64,000 nucleotides of DNA. It comes from Cyclobacteriaceae bacterium. Lineage in GTDB: Bacteria; Bacteroidota; Bacteroidia; Cytophagales; Cyclobacteriaceae. Where the stretch lies: contig JBDHXU010000004.1 of NCBI GenBank assembly GCA_039810905.1, forward strand, positions 1,921-65,920. Direction: 5' to 3'. Below the pieces are notes generated by a model. That model was not told the DNA's origin. It saw nothing but the letters and a program-made list of their open reading frames with translations, and searched no databases. This document shows, piece after piece, positions 1 to 7,927 of this stretch (position 1 is the first letter of the stretch; the number at the start of each line of letters is the position of its first letter). The position numbers and the translations under genes were made by a program.

Positions 1-1
1 G

Positions 2-139
2 CGTCTTGAAAATGGAGACACCGCAAAGTTTGAAATCAACCCTTACAAAAAGACCTGCCTGATCAATGGCTACGACGACATCGATTACCTGTTAAGTATC
101 AGGGAAGATATCCGGGCTTATGATCATGCACATTCATGA
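2..139 (+). CDS. leuD: 3-isopropylmalate dehydratase small subunit, 3' end (partial)
   Basis: Frame 2 reads [45 protein letters not shown], matching the LeuD C-terminus; directly upstream of leuB. Confidence 0.9.
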   Translation, partial: RLENGDTAKFEINPYKKTCLINGYDDIDYLLSIREDIRAYDHAHS

Positions 140-146
140 CAACAAA

Positions 147-1241
147 ATGAGGAAACGGATAGTCATATTACCAGGAGACGGCATTGGAACTGAAGTGACG
201 GCTGAAGGCAGGAAAGTCCTCGAGCGGATTGCAGAAACCTTCGGTCATACTTTTGAATTTGAGAATGCACTTATCGGTCATGCAGCCATTGAGGAGACAG
301 GAAATCCTCTGCCTGACGCCACACTCGTTAAACTGAAGTCATGTGACGCGATTCTGTTTGGCGCGGTGGGTCATCCCAAATACGATAATGACCCCACACT
401 AAAAGTAAGACCGGAGCAGGGCCTCTTGAAGATGAGGAAAGAACTGGGGCTTTATGCGAATCTTCGCCCCATCAAATTATTTGATCAGCTGCTCGGGGCT
501 TCCAGCATCAAGCCCGAGGTGTTGAAGGGTTCCGACATTCTCTTTTTCAGAGAACTGACAGGTGACGTCTATTTCGGTGAGAAGGGCCGGATGAATGAAA
601 ACAATACAGCCTATGATACGATGATCTATCATCGCTATGAGGTAGAACGAATTGCCCATAAAGCCTTTCAGGCTGCGCGCACCCGCCGCAAGAAGGTGAC
701 CAGTGTAGACAAGGCCAATGTGCTGGAGAGTTCGCGCCTGTGGCGTGAAACGGTAAACCAGGTAAGTCGCGAGTACACCGACGTTGCCATTGAACATCAG
801 TTCGTGGACGCTGCGGCCATGAAACTGATTCAGAATCCCAGGAGCTTTGATGTCGTCGTTACCGGTAACCTGTTTGGAGACATTCTAACGGATGAGGCCT
901 CGCAAATAGCCGGGTCAATGGGGATGCTGGCATCCGCTTCCGTTGGCGACAAAGTTGGACTATATGAACCAATTCACGGAAGTGCACACGACATAACCGG
1001 TAAGGGAATTGCCAATCCACTGGCCTCCATTCTTTCAGCTGCATTGCTGCTGGATATCTCCTTCGGGATGAAGGAAGAGTCCAATGCTGTAATCAATGCC
1101 GTTGAGCAGACCCTGGAAGAAGGATTTCGTACTACAGACATAGCCGAAGCAAATACCCCTTGGGAAAAGGTCCTGAACACCCACCTCATGGGTCAGCGAG
1201 TTTGTGACAAGATTCATCAAAAAGAAACGATCCATTCGTAA
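147..1241 (+). CDS. leuB: 3-isopropylmalate dehydrogenase
   Basis: LPGDGIG, RELTGDVYFG, VDKANVL, NLFGDILTDEAS and EPIHGSAHDI motifs; start placed at ATG 147 after the leuD stop. Confidence 0.96.
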   Translation: MRKRIVILPGDGIGTEVTAEGRKVLERIAETFGHTFEFENALIGHAAIEETGNPLPDATLVKLKSCDAILFGAVGHPKYDNDPTLKVRPEQGLLKMRKELGLYANLRPIKLFDQLLGASSIKPEVLKGSDILFFRELTGDVYFGEKGRMNENNTAYDTMIYHRYEVERIAHKAFQAARTRRKKVTSVDKANVLESSRLWRETVNQVSREYTDVAIEHQFVDAAAMKLIQNPRSFDVVVTGNLFGDILTDEASQIAGSMGMLASASVGDKVGLYEPIHGSAHDITGKGIANPLASILSAALLLDISFGMKEESNAVINAVEQTLEEGFRTTDIAEANTPWEKVLNTHLMGQRVCDKIHQKETIHS

Positions 1242-1265
1242 ACCACCACCATAAGCCTAAATCAT

Positions 1266-2426
1266 ATGAGTCAGAGAATTCAGATTTTCGATACCACACT
1301 CCGCGATGGAGAGCAGGTTCCCGGATGCCAGCTTTCGACGGAGGAGAAGATCATGATTGCACGTGAATTGGAAGCACTTGGCGTGGATGTGATTGAAGCC
1401 GGCTTCCCCATTTCAAGCCCCGGTGACTTCCTGTCGGTCGTAGAAATATCAAAGGCCGTGAAAATCCCCACGGTATGCGGATTGACCCGTGCAAAGAAGG
1501 ATGACATTGATGTTGCCGCAGAAGCACTGAACCACGCTGCCAAGGGCAGAATCCATACGGGTATTGGATCGTCTGATATCCACATCAAACACAAATTCAA
1601 GTCTACCCGTGAGCAGGTGCTGGACCAGGGGGTGTGGGCAGTGAAGTACGCAAAGGAAAAGGGCTACGAAGTGGAGTTTTACGCTGAAGATGCAGGTCGC
1701 GCAGATCTGGCATTTCTGGCGCAATTGACCGAAGCTGTTATTGCCGCTGGCGCTGACGTCGTGAATATTCCGGATACCACTGGTTACTGCCTTCCGGATC
1801 TTTACGGGAAGAGGATCCAATATCTCTTTGATCATGTATCCAATATTCATAAGGCAGTTATTTCCGTCCATTGCCATAATGACCTGGGGCTCGCTACGGC
1901 CAATACAATTGCGGGTCTGACACATGGCGCCCGCCAGGCAGAGGTAACCATGAACGGCATCGGTGAAAGAGCAGGCAACACATCGCTGGAGGAGGTTGCC
2001 ATGATCATTCAGGTGCACAAGGATCTCGGACTGCATACCAATATTAAATCGGAAAGGATTTATGAACTGAGTCAGCTGGTGAGCAGCACCATGCGGATGC
2101 CGGTGCAGGCCAACAAGGCCATTGTTGGGCGCAATGCCTTTGCACACTCCTCAGGAATCCATCAGGATGGCTTTCTCAAGCACGCTGAGAACTATGAAAT
2201 CATGAACCCGGCTGATGTTGGAGTGCCGTCATCTTCTATTGTACTTACGGCCAGAAGCGGGCGGGCGGCGCTGAAACACAGGGTAGAGCTGCTAGGCTAC
2301 CATGTCGAGGGTGATGAACTCAACACCCTTTACGAGAATTTCCTTCTTGTTGCTGACGAAAAGAAGATGGTGCATGATGCAGATCTTGTGACGCTGGTCA
2401 CCAACCTGGAGATTCTGCAGAAATAA
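1266..2426 (+). CDS. leuA: 2-isopropylmalate synthase, short form without C-terminal regulatory domain
   Basis: [25 protein letters not shown] and HSSGIHQDG motifs; 386 aa; leu operon context. Confidence 0.93.
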   Translation: MSQRIQIFDTTLRDGEQVPGCQLSTEEKIMIARELEALGVDVIEAGFPISSPGDFLSVVEISKAVKIPTVCGLTRAKKDDIDVAAEALNHAAKGRIHTGIGSSDIHIKHKFKSTREQVLDQGVWAVKYAKEKGYEVEFYAEDAGRADLAFLAQLTEAVIAAGADVVNIPDTTGYCLPDLYGKRIQYLFDHVSNIHKAVISVHCHNDLGLATANTIAGLTHGARQAEVTMNGIGERAGNTSLEEVAMIIQVHKDLGLHTNIKSERIYELSQLVSSTMRMPVQANKAIVGRNAFAHSSGIHQDGFLKHAENYEIMNPADVGVPSSSIVLTARSGRAALKHRVELLGYHVEGDELNTLYENFLLVADEKKMVHDADLVTLVTNLEILQK

Positions 2427-2446
2427 CACGGCTGTTGCCGTATTTT

Positions 2447-2478
2447 TTTGGTGATGCAACCGTGCAGGTTTACCTTGC
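2447..2478 (+). promoter_or_regulatory. Possible Bacteroidota-type promoter for the SET gene
   Basis: TTTG (2447-2450), 20-nt spacer, then TACCTTGC (2471-2478), a variant of TAnnTTTG. Confidence 0.4.
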
Positions 2479-2491
2479 GCGGCATTTATTC

Positions 2492-2995
2492 ATGGCTTTA
2501 CTGGAAAAGTTTCTTTATACAAAACGGTCCACACTTCCCGGAGCAGGAAAGGGCCTGTTTACCAGGGTCCCCATCAGGAAAGGGAAAAAGATCGTTGAAT
2601 ACAAAGGTGAGGTGATGACCTGGAAGGAAGTGGAGAAGATGTCCGACGATCGCAACGGATATGTATTCTACTTTAACCGCAACTATGTCATTGACGCCTG
2701 GAAGACCAAGAAATCAGTAGCGCATTTTGCCAATGATGCACGAGGTATTGTGCGGATAAAGGGTATCCGCAATAATTCAGAATACGAGACTGAAGGGAAG
2801 CGCTGCTTCATAGTGGCAACTGAAGATATAGAGGCTCGAGCTGAAATTTTGGTCGATTACGGAAAGGAATACTGGCAGGCAATCCGGTACAATATCCGTT
2901 CAGATCAGAGGGCAAAACAGCGTACAGGCAAGTCTGGAAAGAAGGTTACGCTGCCGCATCACATGGCAGCCAAACGTCAAAAGAAGAGCAACTAG
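2492..2995 (+). CDS. SET-domain protein (putative protein-lysine methyltransferase) with basic C-terminal tail
   Basis: GAGKGLFT, IVEYKGE, HFAND and EILVDYG SET-like motifs; start placed at ATG 2492. Confidence 0.85.
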   Translation: MALLEKFLYTKRSTLPGAGKGLFTRVPIRKGKKIVEYKGEVMTWKEVEKMSDDRNGYVFYFNRNYVIDAWKTKKSVAHFANDARGIVRIKGIRNNSEYETEGKRCFIVATEDIEARAEILVDYGKEYWQAIRYNIRSDQRAKQRTGKSGKKVTLPHHMAAKRQKKSN

Positions 2996-3000
2996 GGTTG

Positions 3001-3423
3001 TTATTTCTTTTCCAGCAGGGGCCTGGCCAGACCTAGAGATTCATCTGTCATGTCACGGATTTTCTTCATTTTCTCCATCTCGTTTTCCAGATAAACCCTT
3101 TTCCCTTCTGAGTCAGCACTGTCGGGCATGGCAAAATGATGCATCCAATCCATCATGGCGTTGCTTGCTGAATCCAGTTTCACGACTACACTGTCTATTT
3201 TCAGTTTGTTCTCCGGGTGAGCAGCGAGGTCCTTTAACAACTCCTGTTTCAGTTTATAAAGCTCATCGGAACGCAGCATGACCTGATCATGCATTTCCAT
3301 CAGTTCATCATAAAGGGCGGCATTTGGATCGTCCTGTATCTCACTAACTCTCGTGTCGTTCTGCTGCGTTTTTCCGCAGCCAATCAAAGTTAGCAAGACG
3401 ATAAGAATGAGGAATCTGTTCAT
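3001..3423 (-). CDS. Hypothetical helical lipoprotein, Met/His-rich
   Basis: Lipobox LIGC after a hydrophobic stretch; MEMHDQVM and MMDWMHH motifs. Confidence 0.75.
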   Translation of the reverse strand: MNRFLILIVLLTLIGCGKTQQNDTRVSEIQDDPNAALYDELMEMHDQVMLRSDELYKLKQELLKDLAAHPENKLKIDSVVVKLDSASNAMMDWMHHFAMPDSADSEGKRVYLENEMEKMKKIRDMTDESLGLARPLLEKK

Positions 3424-3439
3424 GACATCTGGTTTGTAT

Positions 3440-3447
3440 CAAATATA
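3440..3447 (-). promoter_or_regulatory. Bacteroidota -7 promoter element (TATATTTG) for the lipoprotein gene
   Basis: Exact TAnnTTTG on the minus strand, 16 nt upstream of the ATG. Confidence 0.55.
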
Positions 3448-3577
3448 TGAGATTGGCCCATCCCCATCAATCAGAGCCCACTAACAGTAGTTAGTTTGTC
3501 AGGAATTCCGTACAAATATTCTATGAAGTGTTGTTGTTTTCGCTTTTTTGGCCTTTCTTCGCTGCTGCTATAAAGTC

Positions 3578-3643
3578 ATGAAGACCTGGCGATTTCACTT
3601 TTACTATTATTTTTTTCAAACCTCAGCGGGACTTGAAGGATAG
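3578..3643 (+). CDS. Aromatic amino acid attenuator leader peptide MKTWRFHFYYYFFQTSAGLEG
   Basis: 21-codon ORF; 8 of 10 consecutive codons are Trp/Phe/Tyr; upstream of the pheA operon and of a terminator. Confidence 0.88.
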   Translation: MKTWRFHFYYYFFQTSAGLEG

Positions 3644-3710
3644 CATTTTGTAGCATCACAAACGAGAAACACACAGAGTCCCGCCAAAAAAGAGCGGGAC
3701 TCTTCTTTTT
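3626..3710 (+). promoter_or_regulatory. Transcription attenuator (antiterminator/terminator)
   Basis: GCGGGACT (3626-3633, inside the leader) and GCGGGACTCT (3694-3703) can both pair with AGAGTCCCGC (3675-3684). Confidence 0.85.
3675..3710 (+). terminator. Intrinsic terminator of the attenuator
   Basis: Perfect 10-bp stem AGAGTCCCGC/GCGGGACTCT, 9-nt loop, then TCTTTTT just before the pheA ATG. Confidence 0.88.
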
Positions 3711-3711
3711 A

Positions 3712-4593
3712 ATGACAATGACAAAGGCACGGAATACAAACCATACGAACAGAACGGCAACCCGGAAGAAACTCAGGGTAGCCATACAGGGTATTGCCAC
3801 CAGTTTTCATGAAGTGGCGGCACTCACCTATTTTCAGTCGCCGCTGGAAATTATTGAGTGCCTTACTTTTCACAGTCTCTGTGAGACACTGAAACATGAC
3901 CGGGCCGATTATGCGGTCATGGCCATTGAGAATTCCATCGCAGGGAGCATCCTTCCGAATTATTTTCTTCTTCAGGAATATCATTTTGCCATTGTGGGAG
4001 AGTTATATCTGCCGATTCACCTTCACCTGATGGTTTTGCCGGGAGTGACCATGAAAGATTTAAAAAGCATAGAATCCCATCCTATGGCCATCCGTCAGTG
4101 CAGTGATTTTCTGCAGAAGCTGTCAGGTGTGGAGATCAAGGAAAGTGATGACACAGCTTTATCCGCAAAGAAAATCAAAGACCTCAGGCTGCGTGACACC
4201 GGTGCAATTGCCAATGAACACGCGGCTCGCAAGTTTGGATTGGAGATCATAGAAAAGCGCATTGAAACCAACAAGAAGAATTTTACACGATTTCTCATCC
4301 TCACCAAGAAGGCAACCAATGGTACTGACAGTAATAAAGCGTCACTTTCCTTCGAAGTTGCCAATGAAGCCGGAAGCCTGGCAGATGTATTGATGTCATT
4401 TAAGCAGAACAACATTAATCTCACGAAGATCCAATCCATTCCTATAATCGGGAAACCGCGTGAATATTCCATTCACGTCGACCTGGAATGGAAGAAGAGG
4501 AAGAACTATGAATCGGCCCTGCAGCTGGTGTTGCGTCAAACACGCAACCTCAACATACTGGGCGAATACAAGAAAGCAGAGATCAAATTTTAA
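3712..4593 (+). CDS. pheA: Prephenate dehydratase with ACT domain
   Basis: AIENSIAGS, SHPMA, NFTRF and NLTKIQS motifs. Confidence 0.93.
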   Translation: MTMTKARNTNHTNRTATRKKLRVAIQGIATSFHEVAALTYFQSPLEIIECLTFHSLCETLKHDRADYAVMAIENSIAGSILPNYFLLQEYHFAIVGELYLPIHLHLMVLPGVTMKDLKSIESHPMAIRQCSDFLQKLSGVEIKESDDTALSAKKIKDLRLRDTGAIANEHAARKFGLEIIEKRIETNKKNFTRFLILTKKATNGTDSNKASLSFEVANEAGSLADVLMSFKQNNINLTKIQSIPIIGKPREYSIHVDLEWKKRKNYESALQLVLRQTRNLNILGEYKKAEIKF

Positions 4594-4596
4594 CAA

Positions 4597-5796
4597 ATGA
4601 TTCAGACAGCTCAACGCATAGCCGACGTCGAAGAGTATTACTTCAGCAGGAAACTTGCTGAAGTGCGCAGCCTTGATACCAAAGAACTGCCGGTTATCAA
4701 CCTGGGCATAGGCAGCCCGGATTTATCACCGTCTCATTCCACTGTAGAGGCCCTGACAACTTCGGCCCGCAACCCGGGTCATCATGGGTATCAGAACTAT
4801 AAGGGCATCCCTGCCCTGCGACAGGCCATTGGTGCTTTCTATGAAAGAACCTACGGCGTGCATCCTGACCCGGAAAAGGAGATTCTTCCACTTATGGGCT
4901 CAAAAGAGGGCATCTTCCACATCACAATGGCATTTGTCAACGAAGGAGAAGAAGTTCTGATTCCTGATCCCGGCTATCCAACCTATGCGGCTGTGGCCAG
5001 GCTGGCGGGTGCCAAAATCCGGACTTATGCCTTGAAGGAAGAACTAGATTGGGGAATCGATCTCGAGGCTTTGAGGTCGATGGATCTGAGCAAGGTCAAG
5101 CTGATGTGGGTAAACTTTCCTCACATGCCCACTGGACGCGTTGCCGGCAGGCAGGAGTTGGCGACTCTTATTGAACTGGCCCAAAAGAACAGGTTCCTTA
5201 TTGTCAATGACAATCCTTACAGTCTTATCCTTAACGAACACCCTCAGAGTATCCTGGCCATTCCCGGGTCTTCTGATGTTGCCATGGAGCTCAATTCTCT
5301 GAGCAAGTCACACAACATGGCGGGGTGGAGAATTGGATGGGTGGCAGGCAGCAAGGAACATATTGATGCTGTGCTTCGTGTGAAAAGCAATATGGACTCC
5401 GGTATGTTCCTCGGCCTTCAACATGCGGCCATTGAAGCCCTTCGGAGCGAAAAGTCATGGTTCGAAGAACTCAATACCGTTTATCGTGGAAGGAGCGTGA
5501 TAGCAAAGAGGTTGCTGGATGTACTCGGCTGCACTTATGCTGAAAAGCAATCTGGACTGTTTGTGTGGGCAAGGGCACCTCGCAACGTGGTTGATGTGGA
5601 GAAGTGGCTCGATGAGATCCTCTATTCAACCAAAGTATTCATAACTCCGGGTTTCATTTTTGGTCCTGGTGGCTCCAGTCACGTGCGGATCTCGCTTTGC
5701 GCACCTGTTGAAAAACTGGAGGAGGCTTTGAAGCGAATCCAAGCCTGGTCCAAAGCAAAGTCAAAGAATCATCATGTAACCAGGGAAATCGCATGA
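4597..5796 (+). CDS. PLP-dependent class I/II aminotransferase (aromatic pathway)
   Basis: NLGIGSPD, PDPGYPTY, DNPY and SLSKSHNMAGWRIG motifs; lies in the pheA-tyrA operon. Confidence 0.88.
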   Translation: MIQTAQRIADVEEYYFSRKLAEVRSLDTKELPVINLGIGSPDLSPSHSTVEALTTSARNPGHHGYQNYKGIPALRQAIGAFYERTYGVHPDPEKEILPLMGSKEGIFHITMAFVNEGEEVLIPDPGYPTYAAVARLAGAKIRTYALKEELDWGIDLEALRSMDLSKVKLMWVNFPHMPTGRVAGRQELATLIELAQKNRFLIVNDNPYSLILNEHPQSILAIPGSSDVAMELNSLSKSHNMAGWRIGWVAGSKEHIDAVLRVKSNMDSGMFLGLQHAAIEALRSEKSWFEELNTVYRGRSVIAKRLLDVLGCTYAEKQSGLFVWARAPRNVVDVEKWLDEILYSTKVFITPGFIFGPGGSSHVRISLCAPVEKLEEALKRIQAWSKAKSKNHHVTREIA

Positions 5797-6680
5797 AAGT
5801 GACAATTATAGGTTTGGGGCTTATCGGCGGAAGTGCCGCAATCGACCTCCGGAAATCAGGTTTGGCAACTCATTTGACAGGAGTAGACATCAACGAAGCC
5901 AATGCAGCCGAAGCAGTAAAACTCGGACTGGTTGATGCTTATGAATCTGACGGTGACTCTCTTTCAAAATCAGACATGGTCATAATGGCAATTCCTGTCA
6001 ATACGCTAAGTGCCTTGTTGCCCCAGGTCCTTGATGTGATTCCTTCGCAATGTGTAGTGATTGATATGGGATCGACCAAGGGAGCGATCTGCCGGTCGGT
6101 GGCAGGTCATCCTAATCGTGGACAGTTTGTTGCCTGCCATCCGCTGGCAGGCACGGAAAACTCAGGACCTGAGTCCGCTTTTTCCGGACTGTTCCGTAAC
6201 AAAGTCAATATTATTTGTGAGCAGGATAAGTCCAGCCCTGCCTCCATGAGACTTGCAGAAAGGGTTTTCGAGGCGCTGGGAATGAATAGCATCTTTATGG
6301 AGCCGGAGGAACATGACAGGCATGTTGCATATGTCTCTCATCTTTCACACGTGAGTTCCTTTCTTCTTGGTCAAACCGTTCTTGACATCGAAAAGGATGA
6401 GAAAAATATTTTTAACCTTGCCAGTTCTGGGTTTGCATCTACGGTCAGGCTTGCGAAAAGCTCTCCTGACATGTGGGCGCCTATCTTTGAGCAAAACGCC
6501 GAATATCTGGGACAGGCGCTTGCAGAGTATATCATGCACCTGCAGCGATTCCAGTATTTATTGATGAAAAAGAATACGAAGGAACTTCATAAGATGCTGA
6601 CGGAGGCCAATAAAATAAGGCCGGTGCTGGAAGGCTTAAGTGCCCAACATGCCCCCAGATCTTTGGCTCCATCTTTGTAG
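5793..6680 (+). CDS. tyrA: Prephenate dehydrogenase
   Basis: GLGLIGGS, DMGSTK, HPLAGTE and HDRHVAYVSHLSH motifs; ATGA overlap with the upstream gene. Confidence 0.93.
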   Translation: MKVTIIGLGLIGGSAAIDLRKSGLATHLTGVDINEANAAEAVKLGLVDAYESDGDSLSKSDMVIMAIPVNTLSALLPQVLDVIPSQCVVIDMGSTKGAICRSVAGHPNRGQFVACHPLAGTENSGPESAFSGLFRNKVNIICEQDKSSPASMRLAERVFEALGMNSIFMEPEEHDRHVAYVSHLSHVSSFLLGQTVLDIEKDEKNIFNLASSGFASTVRLAKSSPDMWAPIFEQNAEYLGQALAEYIMHLQRFQYLLMKKNTKELHKMLTEANKIRPVLEGLSAQHAPRSLAPSL

Positions 6681-6700
6681 AATTTAAACATGAATCAGGA

Positions 6701-7789
6701 ATGCAATTCGAATCTATCAGTTCAGTTTTGAAAGTTGATCGCCCCCTGGTCATCAGCGGTCCATGCAGTGCCGAAACTGAGTCACAAATGCTGACCACGG
6801 CCAAACAGCTGAAGGCAACAGGTAAAGTGCACGCACTGCGGGCGGGTATTTGGAAACCGCGAACCAGGCCGGGGCAGTTTGAGGGAGCAGGGGAGCCCGG
6901 GTTGCAGTGGCTTGTGAAGGCCAAGGAAGAAACCGGCCTGCCCATCACGACGGAGGTGGCCACCGCTGCCCACGTTGAACTTTGCCTCAAGGCAGGCGTG
7001 GACATATTGTGGGTTGGTGCCCGTACAACAGTGAATCCATTTTCGGTGCAGGAAATTGCTGACGCCCTTCGTGGAGTTGATGTGCCCGTCATGGTGAAAA
7101 ATCCGGTTAACCCGGATCTGGAGTTGTGGATCGGCGCCATCGAGCGGTTGAATCGCGCCGGCATCAGCCGCATGGCTGCCATCCACAGGGGATTCTCGTC
7201 ATTCGACAAGGGCCCATTCCGCAATGCGCCGATGTGGGATCTGGCGATTGAACTGAAAACGCGTGTCCCGGGCCTGGAGGTCATATGCGATCCCAGTCAT
7301 ATCTCAGGCAATCGTGAACTGATCAGCATGGTGTCGCAGAAGGCCCTCGACCTCGATATGAGCGGGGTGATGATTGAAAGTCACCTCAACCCGGATGCGG
7401 CCTGGAGCGATGCCAAGCAGCAGGTAACGCCGGCTGCCCTGGCAAAGATTGTGGAAGGGCTTGTCGTGCGAACGTCATCTTCCAACAACAAAACCTTCAA
7501 AGATACCCTTGGGCTTCTTCGCGAGCAGATTGACCAGCTGGATGACGAGATCATGCAAAAGCTGGCCAACCGGATGAAGATATCCGAAAAGATAGGCCAG
7601 TATAAAAAGGAGAATAACGTGACAATTCTACAAGTAGGCCGATGGGAGGAGATTGTGCAGACGAGGGTATCACTTGGTAAGGCCATGGGACTCGATGAGG
7701 GGTTCACCAGGGATTTGCTCAGGCTTGTGCACCACGAGTCTATTCAGGTGCAGACAAAAGTGATGAACAAAGTAGAGGAACGGGTGTAG
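6701..7789 (+). CDS. Bifunctional DAHP synthase (type I-beta-like) / chorismate mutase
   Basis: GPCSAE, WKPRTRPG, GARTT and DPSH motifs; C-terminal LREQIDQLD...R chorismate mutase domain. Confidence 0.92.
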   Translation: MQFESISSVLKVDRPLVISGPCSAETESQMLTTAKQLKATGKVHALRAGIWKPRTRPGQFEGAGEPGLQWLVKAKEETGLPITTEVATAAHVELCLKAGVDILWVGARTTVNPFSVQEIADALRGVDVPVMVKNPVNPDLELWIGAIERLNRAGISRMAAIHRGFSSFDKGPFRNAPMWDLAIELKTRVPGLEVICDPSHISGNRELISMVSQKALDLDMSGVMIESHLNPDAAWSDAKQQVTPAALAKIVEGLVVRTSSSNNKTFKDTLGLLREQIDQLDDEIMQKLANRMKISEKIGQYKKENNVTILQVGRWEEIVQTRVSLGKAMGLDEGFTRDLLRLVHHESIQVQTKVMNKVEERV

Positions 7790-7816
7790 CGCCACGTAGA
7801 TAAACACAGTCAATCC

Positions 7817-7855
7817 AAAGGGTACTGTCTCGACTTTGAGACATTACCCTTTTTT
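7817..7855 (+). terminator. Intrinsic terminator of the aromatic operon
   Basis: AAAGGGTAcTGTCTC-gacttt-GAGACAtTACCCTTT stem with a T run. Confidence 0.85.
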
Positions 7856-7927
7856 ATGAGCAGAGACAACCGGGGAAATCTGTCGTACAGAGCGTAAATT
7901 GCGATCTCCACCTCTTCTGCAACTCCT

